Source: an uncultured Cryomorphaceae bacterium | Lineage (GTDB): Bacteria > Bacteroidota > Bacteroidia > Flavobacteriales > Schleiferiaceae | Assembly (NCBI GenBank): GCA_963933975.1 | Contig: CAWVWE010000006.1 | Location: 6,034-70,033 of the forward strand | Direction of reading: 5' to 3' | Length of the DNA stretch: 64,000 bases | Shown: piece by piece, positions 28,442-38,096 of the stretch | Position numbering within the stretch: the stretch's first letter is position 1 | How the letters are laid out: the number at the start of each line of letters is the position of its first letter | The notes under the pieces: generated by a model | The model's input: the letters and a program-made list of their open reading frames with translations, nothing else | Database searches by the model: none | Told to the model about the DNA's origin: nothing | Position numbers and translations under genes: made by a program

Positions 28442-29317
28442 ATGAACGCCATAGAACTCTCCAGCCTGTCAAAATTTTATGGAAATCAATGCGGTATTGA
28501 GTCGGTATCATTTGCTGTAAAAAAAGGAGAGATTTTCGGGTTTATTGGACCAAATGGCGCAGGAAAATCTACGACAATCAGAACCCTCCTTGGCCTTTTA
28601 ACGGCAACTAGTGGAAAGGCCGAGATCTTGGGAATGGACACCAGTAATGAGGGAGCAAGGATAAGAGAGAGGATAGGATACCTGCCTTCGGAGGTAGATT
28701 ATTATAGCGAGATGTCTTCAAAGGAATTGCTGTTGTATCATGCTGCCATCTATAAAGTAGCGGATGCGGAGAAAAAAATTCAGGAATTGGCAACCTATTT
28801 TCAATTAGAATTAGACCGACCCATTGACGACTTGAGTTACGGCAATAAAAAAAAATGTGCAATTATTCAATCTGTTCTTCATGATCCTGAAGTTTTGATT
28901 CTAGACGAACCTACTGGAGGATTGGATCCACTCATGCAAAACAGATTTTTTGAACTCTTAGAACGACAGAACAAAAAAGGGGTGACGATATTTTTCAGCT
29001 CGCATGTTTTATCAGAGATTCAGCGAATGTGTGACAGAGCAGCCATTATTAGAGACGGGAAGATCACAGCAGTGGAAGACATCAGTACTTTGCTGTCGAA
29101 GCAGATGAAGATGGTGCGCTTAGTGACTACTTCTGTGAACAATATTGTTTTGCCTGTGGGCGCTCTAAATCACCATCAAAGTGGTCAAAAACATACGTTT
29201 GATTATGTAGGTCCCACTCAAGACCTTGTTATATGGCTGAGTAGTCAGTCCATTATAGACGTTACTCTTTCTGAGCCTGATCTAGAGCGGATATTCATGA
29301 ACTATTACCAGAGCTAA
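28442..29317 (+). CDS. ABC transporter ATP-binding protein (ABC-2 type exporter)
   Basis: GPNGAGKSTT (Walker A), LSYGNKKK (signature-like) and LILDEPTGGLD (Walker B) are present. Confidence 0.88.
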   Translation: MNAIELSSLSKFYGNQCGIESVSFAVKKGEIFGFIGPNGAGKSTTIRTLLGLLTATSGKAEILGMDTSNEGARIRERIGYLPSEVDYYSEMSSKELLLYHAAIYKVADAEKKIQELATYFQLELDRPIDDLSYGNKKKCAIIQSVLHDPEVLILDEPTGGLDPLMQNRFFELLERQNKKGVTIFFSSHVLSEIQRMCDRAAIIRDGKITAVEDISTLLSKQMKMVRLVTTSVNNIVLPVGALNHHQSGQKHTFDYVGPTQDLVIWLSSQSIIDVTLSEPDLERIFMNYYQS

Positions 29318-29320
29318 GCT

Positions 29321-30124
29321 ATGAACAGTGTAATATTTAAGAAAGAACTCAAGCGCAATAGAAAAAACACGGCAATTTGGACGGCTATTGTTGTTGTCTT
29401 CACCGCGTTGATCCTGTCCATTTTTCCAAGTTTTTCAGAAATGGGTGAAGAGATGGCTAAACTGATGTCTAGTTTGCCTGAGGAGTATGCGAAGGCTCTT
29501 GGCATGGATGAAGAAACATGGAGCAGTATCATTGGGTATTACGGAACCTACTATGGGATTTACATTATCCTTTTAATAGGCATATTCACGGCGTCCACCG
29601 GTGCAACCATTATTGGTAAGGAAGAACGTGATGGAACAGCAGAATTTTTACTGACCCGCCCTATTTCGAGAGGATCTATTGTCTGGACCAAGCTAATGGC
29701 GCTAGGTATGCTGTTTATAATCATTTATGGTATTCAGACCCTTTCGGCAGTGATTGGCTTATTGATTTTTGGGGAAGACGTGAATTGGCCAGTGTTTACT
29801 ACAATGCATGTCCATGGCTTTTTCTTGGTGGGCTTTTTTACTGCCTCAGGCGTCTTGATGTCTAGCTTCTTGTCGCCAAAATTGAATTACATGGGTCCCA
29901 TTGTAGGTCTCATTTTCGGCGGCTATTTCCTCAATGCGATATCTATGGCAGTGGAAAAAGTCTCTTGGTTGGGATATTTCTCCCCCTACCATTACTTAAA
30001 TCTAACGGCCAAAAACGGAGTATTGGAATTGAACTTGATTACTTGTTTAGGCGCATCTGTTGTTGTAGCGGTCTTTTTGTGGATTTCCAACAAAAGATAC
30101 CTTTCAAGGGATATTGTGGGTTAG
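29321..30124 (+). CDS. ABC-2 family transporter permease
   Basis: It has six predicted TM segments and starts 4 nt downstream of the ATPase gene. There are no family-specific motifs beyond topology. Confidence 0.7.
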   Translation: MNSVIFKKELKRNRKNTAIWTAIVVVFTALILSIFPSFSEMGEEMAKLMSSLPEEYAKALGMDEETWSSIIGYYGTYYGIYIILLIGIFTASTGATIIGKEERDGTAEFLLTRPISRGSIVWTKLMALGMLFIIIYGIQTLSAVIGLLIFGEDVNWPVFTTMHVHGFFLVGFFTASGVLMSSFLSPKLNYMGPIVGLIFGGYFLNAISMAVEKVSWLGYFSPYHYLNLTAKNGVLELNLITCLGASVVVAVFLWISNKRYLSRDIVG

Positions 30125-30975
30125 AGGGTGTTTCCGACCTGTTCTTTGATCTTTTCTAACTCGTCCTTCATTTGTACCACGTGTTGCTGCATGGGAGCGT
30201 AATTACTCTTCGAACCTAACGTATTGATTTCGCGTCCCATTTCTTGCGCTATGAAGCCTAGTTTTTTACCGCTAATCTCTTCCGACATCGTCTCTCGGAA
30301 GTACTTAAGGTGGTTTATTAACCGCACTTTTTCTTCGTTGATGTCTAGTTTTTCTATGTAAAAAATGACCTCTTGTTCGTAGCGATTGTTGTCTACTTCC
30401 ATTCCCTCTAGACCTTTGAGTAGGCGTTCTCGAACAGCTTCCAGACGTGCCTTTTCATGAGGAGCAATTCCTTCTAAAGCAGATTCAATTGCAACGAGAC
30501 GTTCTTCATAATCTGCTGAAATAGAAGCACCTTCTTGTATGCGAAACTCTTGAAGCCGACCTATAGCTTCCATCAGCAAGCCTTTTAGAAATCCCCACTC
30601 ATCTCCAGTAAGTTCATCGCGACCAGCGCTCATGACATCTGGCATACGCATGACCGTTGCAACGAGATCTCCCTTGGTATCTGCTTCGCGTTCTAGAGCA
30701 GTTAGCTGCGATAGGTAGGCTTTGGCAAGATCCATGTTAATACTTGCGGCACTTTCGATACCGGTAACTTCAGCGTAGATATTGATATCGACTTTGCCAC
30801 GCTTGAGCTCTGTGCCAACTATTTTACGTATGTCCAATTCCTTTTCACGAAATAAGGAGGCAATGCGCGCATTGAGGTCTAGGCCTTTGCTATTTAAACT
30901 TCTTATTTCTACGGTGATTTTCTTTCCGGAAATTTGGCCAATGGCTTTTCCGAAACCGGTCATACTATGAATCAT
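30121..30975 (-). CDS. yicC: YicC-family stress-induced protein
   Basis: MIHSMTGFGKA is the canonical YicC N-terminus, and the C-terminus MGREINTLGSKSN...IKEQVGN(T)L is typical. I prefer the start at 30975, since a -7 box lies inside the longer track ORF. Confidence 0.85.
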   Translation of the reverse strand: MIHSMTGFGKAIGQISGKKITVEIRSLNSKGLDLNARIASLFREKELDIRKIVGTELKRGKVDINIYAEVTGIESAASINMDLAKAYLSQLTALEREADTKGDLVATVMRMPDVMSAGRDELTGDEWGFLKGLLMEAIGRLQEFRIQEGASISADYEERLVAIESALEGIAPHEKARLEAVRERLLKGLEGMEVDNNRYEQEVIFYIEKLDINEEKVRLINHLKYFRETMSEEISGKKLGFIAQEMGREINTLGSKSNYAPMQQHVVQMKDELEKIKEQVGNTL

Positions 30976-30993
30976 GAGCTGCGCTATTTGTTT

Positions 30994-31001
30994 CAAAGGT
31001 A
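30994..31001 (-). promoter_or_regulatory. Candidate -7 promoter box (TAccTTTG on the minus strand) for yicC
   Basis: The plus strand reads caaaggta, 19 nt upstream of the ATG at 30975. Confidence 0.4.
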
Positions 31002-31045
31002 GGAAAAGTGATGCCTTAGATCACAGCCTACTTTGTCAATCCTTA

Positions 31046-32314
31046 CTAACTAAATGTGGAGAGCGCGACTTCTAACTGATTTAACTCCTTACTCTTGATT
31101 TCTTTAGAAATGAACCAACTTTCAAATGCGCTAGGGGGAAGATAAATATTGTTTTTTAGCATATGATGAAACAACTTATTGTACCTATCGTTATTAGCTG
31201 CAGTTGCATCCCTTATATTGGTAACGGAATCTATTCCAAAGTGTATACTAATCATGCTTCCTACTCGGTTGATAGCTACCTGTTCGTTTTTAAACCTATT
31301 ACGTAATAGGCCTTCTATAGCCTGAGTGGATTTATCGATTTGATCGTAAACGTTAGGATTATCTTTTAAATACTGTAGTGTAGCAATCCCACTTGCCATG
31401 GCTAGAGGATTACCACTGAGTGTACCTGCTTGATAGACAGGTCCAAGAGGAGCAAGAACATTCATAATCTCTGTAGATCCAGCGAATGCCCCGACAGGTA
31501 GTCCACCCCCAATCACCTTTCCGTAAGTAACCATATCAGGTATTACTCCATAGAGCTCTGCGGCTCCCCCGCGGGCAAGACGGAATCCAGTCATTACTTC
31601 ATCGAAAATTAAAAGACTTTGCTCAGATTTACACAAAGATTTCAACCCTTCTAGAAAGCCACTTTCAGGTGGAATACATCCCATATTACCTGCTACGGGT
31701 TCTACGATTATTGCTGCTATCTCTCCTGAATAACGTTTAAAAAGCTCTTGAACACTTTTAAGATCATTATAATTAGCAATGAGTGTATCTTCCGTCGCTC
31801 CTGGTGGAACTCCAGCACTATCTGGAATGGATAAGGTTAGCAAACCAGAGCCAGCTTTAACCAAAAACGGATCCGCATGCCCATGATAATTACCGGCGAA
31901 CTTGATGAATTTGTTTTTGCCCGTAAAGCCTCGTGCAACTCTTAAAGCGCTCATACAAGCCTCAGTACCTGAAGAGGTGAGCCTTACTTTTTCTGCCCAC
32001 GGAGCCATGAAATTAATAAGTTCAGACATAGTTAGCTCCGCCTCCGTGGGACAACCGTAAGAAACACCTTTTAATAATTGGTTTTCTACGGCATTTACGA
32101 CGGGTTTAAATTGGTGGCCTAATATCATAGGTCCCCAAGAGTTTATATAGTCCGTATAGGATTTACCATCACTGTCGATGAGTTGACTACCCATAGATTT
32201 CTGGATAAATACAGGTGTACCTCCCACACTCCCAAATGCTCGAACAGGTGAGTTTACACCTCCTGGAATTAGTTGCTTTGAGCGTTCAAATAGCAGTTGA
32301 CTTTGGGGATACAT
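31046..32314 (-). CDS. hemL: Glutamate-1-semialdehyde 2,1-aminomutase
   Basis: GGVNSPVRAF, GNYHGHAD and FDEVMTGFR are present. YGKVIGGGLPVGAF carries the PLP Lys. Confidence 0.93.
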   Translation of the reverse strand: MYPQSQLLFERSKQLIPGGVNSPVRAFGSVGGTPVFIQKSMGSQLIDSDGKSYTDYINSWGPMILGHQFKPVVNAVENQLLKGVSYGCPTEAELTMSELINFMAPWAEKVRLTSSGTEACMSALRVARGFTGKNKFIKFAGNYHGHADPFLVKAGSGLLTLSIPDSAGVPPGATEDTLIANYNDLKSVQELFKRYSGEIAAIIVEPVAGNMGCIPPESGFLEGLKSLCKSEQSLLIFDEVMTGFRLARGGAAELYGVIPDMVTYGKVIGGGLPVGAFAGSTEIMNVLAPLGPVYQAGTLSGNPLAMASGIATLQYLKDNPNVYDQIDKSTQAIEGLLRNRFKNEQVAINRVGSMISIHFGIDSVTNIRDATAANNDRYNKLFHHMLKNNIYLPPSAFESWFISKEIKSKELNQLEVALSTFS

Positions 32315-32317
32315 AGA

Positions 32318-33316
32318 TTAATTATTAGGGTAGTTATTTATTAGGTGCTTTGCCGCTCGCTTAGCGAAATAAGTAATAATGACATCCGATCCAGCACGTT
32401 TAAAAGCAATAAGGCTTTCCATCATTACATCATGCTCATTTATCCATTTTTTAGCACCAGCTGCTTTTATCATAGCGTATTCTCCAGATACTTGGTAAAC
32501 AGCAATAGGACATGAGCAATTTTCAGAAAGGTCACGCACTACATCCAAATAAAAGCTTCCGGGCTTAACCATTACCATATCTGCACCTTCTGATTCATCA
32601 AGCAATGCTTCTGATATCCCTTCTGAGCTATTCCGAGGATCCATTTGATAGGTTTTTTTGTCACCAAAACCAGGTGCGCTGTTTAACGCGTCTCTGAAGG
32701 GTCCGTATAGGCTTGAGGCATATTTTGCACTGTAAGCTAAAATCCCAGCATTGTGATGACCAGCATCATTAAAGGCACTTCGAATTGCAGCCACTCTTCC
32801 ATCCATCATATCAGATGGAGCGACCCAGTCAGCTCCAGCAGCAATATGGCTGAGTGCCATGTTCACGAGTGCATCGACTGTTAGGTCGTTTACGATGACT
32901 CCATTGACCACTATCCCGTCATGTCCGTAAGTACTATAGGGATCAAGTGCTACATCTGTCATGACTAGAAACTGAGGATAGTGTCTTTTAATATACTTGA
33001 TAGCGCATTGCATAAGACCGTTTGGATTAGCTGCGTAACCTCCGGTATTATCTTTATGTGTGTCATCTTCCTTAACAAAAAGTAATACCGATTGTATTCC
33101 GGCAACTTTTAATTCCTCTAATTCCGTTGATAGTTCATCTAAACTATATCGGTAGTAATCGGGCATAGATCCGATCTCCTCTTTTACACCACTGCCGTGA
33201 ACAATAAATAGTGGCGCAATAAAGTCATGCGGGTGCAATTGAGATTCTGCAATCAAGTTTCTAGTGGAAGTGAGTGCTCTATTGATCCTCATTCTTCGTT
33301 TTAATTGTCCTTTCAT
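32318..33316 (-). CDS. hemB: Porphobilinogen synthase (Asp-rich, non-zinc active-site type)
   Basis: DVALDPYSTYGHDG stands in place of the Cys-rich Zn site. MVKPGSFYLDV carries the Schiff-base Lys, and YQVSGEYAM is present. The start at 33316 gives an ATGA overlap with the hemF stop. The track's 33358 start would overlap hemF by 46 nt. Confidence 0.9.
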   Translation of the reverse strand: MKGQLKRRMRINRALTSTRNLIAESQLHPHDFIAPLFIVHGSGVKEEIGSMPDYYRYSLDELSTELEELKVAGIQSVLLFVKEDDTHKDNTGGYAANPNGLMQCAIKYIKRHYPQFLVMTDVALDPYSTYGHDGIVVNGVIVNDLTVDALVNMALSHIAAGADWVAPSDMMDGRVAAIRSAFNDAGHHNAGILAYSAKYASSLYGPFRDALNSAPGFGDKKTYQMDPRNSSEGISEALLDESEGADMVMVKPGSFYLDVVRDLSENCSCPIAVYQVSGEYAMIKAAGAKKWINEHDVMMESLIAFKRAGSDVIITYFAKRAAKHLINNYPNN

Positions 33317-34227
33317 AACCAGTTTTTTGGTTTTTTGAGTACTTCTTGGAGTTCCCATTCAGGAGTTCCTTTCTCCAGTATTTGATTATATTCCCAGCGA
33401 ACAATTGGTGGTAGGGACATGAAAATACTCTCTATTCTTCCGCCAGTTTTCAGTCCAAACAGAGTACCTCGATCATGCAGAAGATTGAACTCAACATATC
33501 GTCCTCTTCGAATCTCTTGCCAAACTTTGTTTTCGTGACTATATAAAGTACCACGTCGTTTTTCTACAATCGGTAGATAAGCAGGTAGAAAGGCATTAGC
33601 TATTCCATACACAAAAGACTCTAATTCTTCGCCATTCAGTTCCTGAGACGGCTTGATATGGTCAAAGAATATTCCGCCAATACCTCGATATTCTTCACGA
33701 TGACTGCTATAAAAATAATCATCACACCACAATTTAAATTTTTGATAAAAGCCAGACGAATGTTTATCGCATTCGGATTTAAGTGTCTTGTGAAAATGAT
33801 GGGCATCTTCTTCGAAAAGATAGTAGGGTGTTAAGTCCATGCCACCGCCAAACCATTGATCAAGAACAGCTCCATGATAATCCGTAACCTGAAAAAACCT
33901 AAAATTTGCGTGAGTTGTAGGAATCATCGGATTTTTAGGATGTAAGACTATAGAAATCCCTGTAGCATAAAAATGTTTTGATCCTGCAGGCACTTGATCT
34001 TTTAATAGGTCAGGTAAATCACCATGTACTTGAGAAACATTTACTCCTGCTTTTTCAAAAACATCTCCATTAGTTAGTACACGTGACCATCCGCCACCCC
34101 CTAAAGGTCTTTTCCAAGTATCCTCTATAAATTTCTCGGTGCCATCAATATGTTCTAAGCGAGTGCAAATCTCTTCCTGCAATGTCCTTACAAAACGGGA
34201 AAACCGATCTTTTGGATCAAACGACAT
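33313..34227 (-). CDS. hemF: Oxygen-dependent coproporphyrinogen III oxidase
   Basis: GGGGWSRV, FEKAGVNVS, RRGRYVEFNLLHDRGTLFGL and GGRIESI are present. Confidence 0.92.
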   Translation of the reverse strand: MSFDPKDRFSRFVRTLQEEICTRLEHIDGTEKFIEDTWKRPLGGGGWSRVLTNGDVFEKAGVNVSQVHGDLPDLLKDQVPAGSKHFYATGISIVLHPKNPMIPTTHANFRFFQVTDYHGAVLDQWFGGGMDLTPYYLFEEDAHHFHKTLKSECDKHSSGFYQKFKLWCDDYFYSSHREEYRGIGGIFFDHIKPSQELNGEELESFVYGIANAFLPAYLPIVEKRRGTLYSHENKVWQEIRRGRYVEFNLLHDRGTLFGLKTGGRIESIFMSLPPIVRWEYNQILEKGTPEWELQEVLKKPKNWL

Positions 34228-34232
34228 AGCCT

Positions 34233-35255
34233 TTAGTATCTATAGGATTTTGCAGCATCTACAAATGCTCTGGCGCTATCGACACTGGTTTGGGGTAAGA
34301 CTCCGTGACCAAGATTCACAATATGTCTACCCGGACCGAATTGGTCAATCATTTTTATTGTGGCAATTTTTACAGCATCAGGTTTTGCTAACAGTATTGA
34401 AGGGTCTAAATTTCCTTGCAACACTATTTTAGAACCGCAAATTTCTCTAGCAAATGAAGCAGGTGTTGTCCAGCTTAACCCGAGTGCAGCAGCTCCTGTT
34501 TCTTGTAGTTCTTTTAGCGCGTACCAAGCTCCTTTAGCGAACAATATAACAGGAGCTCGGTCTTGCATAGCTGCCATAATACGCTGGAGGTAAGGAAGAG
34601 AAAATTCAGAATACATTTCAGGACTTAACATCCCACCCCAGCTGTCGAAAATTTGGAGCGCATCGCATCCAGCGTCAACCTGGATGTTCAGATAGTCTAT
34701 GGTTGCTTCCGTTATTTTATCCAATAGTAACTTTGCTCTAATGGGTTCATTTACAATAAAAGCTTTAGCGATCCCGAAATCTTTAGACCCCTGTCCTTGG
34801 ACTATATAACAAAGCAATGTCCATGGCGAACCGGCAAATCCGATCAAAGGAACTCTATTGTTTAGTCCTTCCTTAACAGCCTTGATAGCTGGATTAGCGT
34901 ACTTGAAAAAGTCATGAGTGCCCTCGACGTTTAATCGATTAACCTCAGACTGTGTACGTGCCGTTTCCAATACAGGGCCTTTTCCTGGTATCATATCTAC
35001 TTTGAGACCTAGGCTTTGAGCGATGACAAGAATATCTGAAAATAATATAGCTGCATCTACACCTATTTGGTCTACTGGCATCACTGTAATTTCTCGAGCA
35101 AGATCAGGATTTTGAACACGTTCGAAAAAACTATACTTTTCCTTTAGTTTCATGTAATCAGGTAAATAACGGCCAGCTTGACGCATAAACCAGACTGGAG
35201 GTCTCTCTGTCTTTTCCCCAGAAAGGGTTCGTAGAAAAAGATGTTGTTCTATCAT
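34233..35255 (-). CDS. hemE: Uroporphyrinogen decarboxylase
   Basis: PPVWFMRQAGRYLPDY, ILFSDIL, QIFDSWGG and NLGHGV are present. Confidence 0.93.
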   Translation of the reverse strand: MIEQHLFLRTLSGEKTERPPVWFMRQAGRYLPDYMKLKEKYSFFERVQNPDLAREITVMPVDQIGVDAAILFSDILVIAQSLGLKVDMIPGKGPVLETARTQSEVNRLNVEGTHDFFKYANPAIKAVKEGLNNRVPLIGFAGSPWTLLCYIVQGQGSKDFGIAKAFIVNEPIRAKLLLDKITEATIDYLNIQVDAGCDALQIFDSWGGMLSPEMYSEFSLPYLQRIMAAMQDRAPVILFAKGAWYALKELQETGAAALGLSWTTPASFAREICGSKIVLQGNLDPSILLAKPDAVKIATIKMIDQFGPGRHIVNLGHGVLPQTSVDSARAFVDAAKSYRY

Positions 35256-36796
35256 TTTTTAGTGGGATTTATTAGTTTTAGGACTTCCGTAAAGGTTGAG
35301 ATATCTGAGTAGGAAGTATTATGGAACCCGAAAGCTTTGCAGGCTTTGGCAGTAGCTGGACCTATAGTTGCTACTGGAGTTTCACGCGAAATCTTATTGT
35401 AACGCAGAATACTTTTAATACCGAGAGGGGAAAAAACAGCTATTGCATCCCACTTTTGTCGAGAAAGCCTGGTAAAAGCAGCGTTGTTTGTGTACGTTAT
35501 ACAGCGTTTTATTTGATGAGACTCCCAGTCAGCTGATGTGTTTTTCGCGCCATAATAAGTAATCGAATTGAGTTGTTTTTCATCTATGTAATTCAAAACC
35601 TCGTCACTGCTCGCAAAAGTTTTCAGTACTCCTGTGTACTTAGATTTACGGAGTACTTCATATGCTTTGTTTCCTATGCAAAATCCATATTCTGGTAGCT
35701 CTTGAGCCTTTAGTAAAAGTTGTGTTGCTCCAAAGTGACTCCCAACAATAAAAAAGGAGCTTTTATCTACAGAGAAGGTTTTTGGAAGTAAGGTTAAAAC
35801 ATTTATGTCATGAAGCTTTAGCCCCATTAAAAGCCCCTGTTGCCGTTGTTTCGGGGTTATTTCCTTCAGGCAAAGAACATCAATTGGCTGATTTACTTTT
35901 ATCTCCTGCATAATCTGCTGACCACCGTTCTCAAGAAGAATGTCGGCAAAATATTTTCCTGCAGTTTTCCATTGTTTTGGATTGATTAGTCTTTCTATGC
36001 AAACTCGTTTTTCCCCATCCTCGGTTAGAAGTATTCCTTGAAAAAACCACTCCACTCCAATAGTGGTTACCAAAGCTCCAAGTGGCGATGCACATCCTGC
36101 CTCCACGTTACTCATAAAGTCTCTTTCGATAAATGTTTTTCGATATGTTTCTCTATGATTCAACGGAGCGAGTAGCTCGTTAAGAGATTTGGATTGTCTT
36201 CCTATGACGGCGATTACTCCTTGCGCTGGTGCTGGAATCATCCATGTGAGCAATGTTGCGTTTGACGGAAGTAGATTGAGCCGTTCCAGACCAGGTGCTG
36301 ATACGATACCGCCACCAGAATTCTTAATTTTATCTAAACGGGTATTCATGTTTCCTCGCAAGTTCTGGACTCTATGATGAGGATATTTACTGAGCCATTG
36401 AGCCTTTCTGCGAGGAGATCCTGAGAGTATGGTGATTGGACTGTCAAGATCTAAAGCGTCTTCTCCAGGAACGAATGCGTCGTAATACCCATCTCGAGGT
36501 AAGACTGCAAGAAGCTCTAGCCCTTCAGGTAGTGTAGTAGGGTAGTCCTTAAAACTATGAATACCGATGTCAGCGTTACCTGATAAAATACAATCGTCGA
36601 GCGCTTTAGTGAAAACCCCAGTTTGACCCAAATTATGAAGTGCCGTATTCTGATCCTTATCTCCTTTGGTGGTAACAGGAACCAATTCTACTGATAACTC
36701 AGGGTAATTCCGCTTGAGTTCAGCTATGACGGCATTTGTTTGGTAAAGAGCTAGTTCACTAGTTCTGCTTGCTGTTTTTAAACTGTATTTAATCAC
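35252..36796 (-). CDS. hemC: Bifunctional hydroxymethylbilane synthase / uroporphyrinogen-III synthase (HemC-HemD fusion)
   Basis: The N-terminal ~300 aa are HemC: SRTSELALYQT, TKGDKDQ, and EAGCASPLGA with the cofactor Cys. The C-terminal ~210 aa are HemD-like (VFSPLGIKS, IGPATAKACK). There is no separate hemD in the cluster. Confidence 0.8.
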   Translation of the reverse strand: MIKYSLKTASRTSELALYQTNAVIAELKRNYPELSVELVPVTTKGDKDQNTALHNLGQTGVFTKALDDCILSGNADIGIHSFKDYPTTLPEGLELLAVLPRDGYYDAFVPGEDALDLDSPITILSGSPRRKAQWLSKYPHHRVQNLRGNMNTRLDKIKNSGGGIVSAPGLERLNLLPSNATLLTWMIPAPAQGVIAVIGRQSKSLNELLAPLNHRETYRKTFIERDFMSNVEAGCASPLGALVTTIGVEWFFQGILLTEDGEKRVCIERLINPKQWKTAGKYFADILLENGGQQIMQEIKVNQPIDVLCLKEITPKQRQQGLLMGLKLHDINVLTLLPKTFSVDKSSFFIVGSHFGATQLLLKAQELPEYGFCIGNKAYEVLRKSKYTGVLKTFASSDEVLNYIDEKQLNSITYYGAKNTSADWESHQIKRCITYTNNAAFTRLSRQKWDAIAVFSPLGIKSILRYNKISRETPVATIGPATAKACKAFGFHNTSYSDISTFTEVLKLINPTKK

Positions 36797-37958
36797 GTAA
36801 CCATTTCTTTAACCGATACATCTGCTTTGGGTCGCGTCTAACTGATTCAAATAGTCGACTCTCTATTTTGGAGCTGAGGCGTTCAATTTGCTCCGGGTCT
36901 TTTCTAGCTTTTATCCATTTATCCTCAAGGCTGTCTTGAACTTGCTGAATGAACGGTACTGCTCTTTGAGCGCGCTGTGATTGTCTGAATTTTTCGATGT
37001 CTTCTTGGAGTATTAATCTGACCTTAGGTAAGGAATTAACCCTTGAGGATAATTGTTTTTCGATAAAGCTGGAAATATCGTCGACATTTACCAAAGTGAC
37101 TCCGGGAACATCCCCTAATGAAGGATCTAAGCATGTTGGTACACTAAGGTCAATAAAAACTGTAGGATGTTCGCGTTTTAAATCGCTACCTGATAAAATA
37201 TATTGCGGTGACTTTGATGCACAGATAACAGCATCAAAAGATTCCAAAGCATTTTGCCATTTTGACCACGGTAAGAAACCAATATTCTTCCTATCAGCAG
37301 TGATTTCTGCAGTTTCATCGGTACGATTAGTTATTGTTATATTCTTAGACCCCCTTACAGAGATCAAGTTATCAAGAGTTTTGTGCCCGATCTCACCTAT
37401 ACCGACTATCAGTATTTTAGCCTGATTAAAATTGGGCAAAGCGAATTGAAGAAATCTTAGTGCGGCATAACTAGTTGAAGAAATACCTGATGAAAAATCA
37501 GTTTCATTTTTAACTCTTCTACTAAAATGTATGGCATTATTCATTCCTCTTTCGATATCCCCATTGGATACACCATGGGCTTTTGAGAATTGGAATGCTC
37601 GCCTAAGTTGGCCTATGATTTCAAAATCTCCTAGTATTTGACTATCCATACCAGCACCCACCTCAAACAAGTGCATAACAGCTTTTATTCCTATGCACCT
37701 GTAGCCCACTTCTAAAATATCTCCTCCGTTAGACATAGTAAACATAAAGGCTTTCTCGACTCTTTCCGGGTGCTTACCATGTAGAAAAAAAGTTGTTCTG
37801 TTACAGGTGCTCACGATAAATCCAAAACATTCGTGTTTAGGAAGAACAACTTCATAAAATAGTTTAAGGTCCTCATCTGAAAAGACAAATTTTTGTCGCT
37901 CTTCAACTGGCGAATTATGAAATGAAACTCCAAAGGAATACCAGGAATGACCAATCAT
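36789..37958 (-). CDS. hemA: Glutamyl-tRNA reductase
   Basis: VSTCNRTTFF (catalytic Cys), QILGDF and GIGEIG (NADPH site) are present. It is the first gene of the minus-strand heme operon. Confidence 0.88.
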   Translation of the reverse strand: MIGHSWYSFGVSFHNSPVEERQKFVFSDEDLKLFYEVVLPKHECFGFIVSTCNRTTFFLHGKHPERVEKAFMFTMSNGGDILEVGYRCIGIKAVMHLFEVGAGMDSQILGDFEIIGQLRRAFQFSKAHGVSNGDIERGMNNAIHFSRRVKNETDFSSGISSTSYAALRFLQFALPNFNQAKILIVGIGEIGHKTLDNLISVRGSKNITITNRTDETAEITADRKNIGFLPWSKWQNALESFDAVICASKSPQYILSGSDLKREHPTVFIDLSVPTCLDPSLGDVPGVTLVNVDDISSFIEKQLSSRVNSLPKVRLILQEDIEKFRQSQRAQRAVPFIQQVQDSLEDKWIKARKDPEQIERLSSKIESRLFESVRRDPKQMYRLKKWLRD

Positions 37959-37978
37959 GTATAAATATAATTTGAGTG

Positions 37979-37986
37979 CAAAATTA
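37979..37986 (-). promoter_or_regulatory. Candidate -7 promoter box (TAatTTTG on the minus strand) for the hemA operon
   Basis: The plus strand reads caaaatta, 21 nt upstream of the hemA ATG at 37958. Confidence 0.45.
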
Positions 37987-38049
37987 TTAGCTACAGTGAA
38001 TTAAAAGTGTCGCCATACGTTAAAAAACCATCGATAATATAGAACTCTA

Positions 38050-38080
38050 TTGAAATAGCGTTGTTGCTATGATATATTTG
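38050..38080 (+). promoter_or_regulatory. Candidate Bacteroidota promoter (TTG-N20-TAtaTTTG) for araC-hemH-hemY
   Basis: TTG lies at 38050-38052 and tatatttg at 38073-38080, 17 nt upstream of the ATG at 38097. This is the best -33/-7 pair seen in the window. Confidence 0.55.
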
Positions 38081-38096
38081 CTGAAACGAATAAAAA

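Noticed and set aside
28442-30124. The ABC ATPase plus ABC-2 permease pair as the gliding-motility genes gldA/gldF.
   Set aside because: No gldG-like gene follows the permease, and nothing in the sequences is specific to GldA or GldF. They are kept as a generic ABC-2 exporter.
33317-33358. The extended HemB N-terminus (MGTPRSTQKTKKLV...) overlapping hemF by 46 nt.
   Set aside because: The downstream ATG at 33316 gives a canonical ATGA stop-start overlap with hemF. The extension has no counterpart in HemB proteins as I know them.
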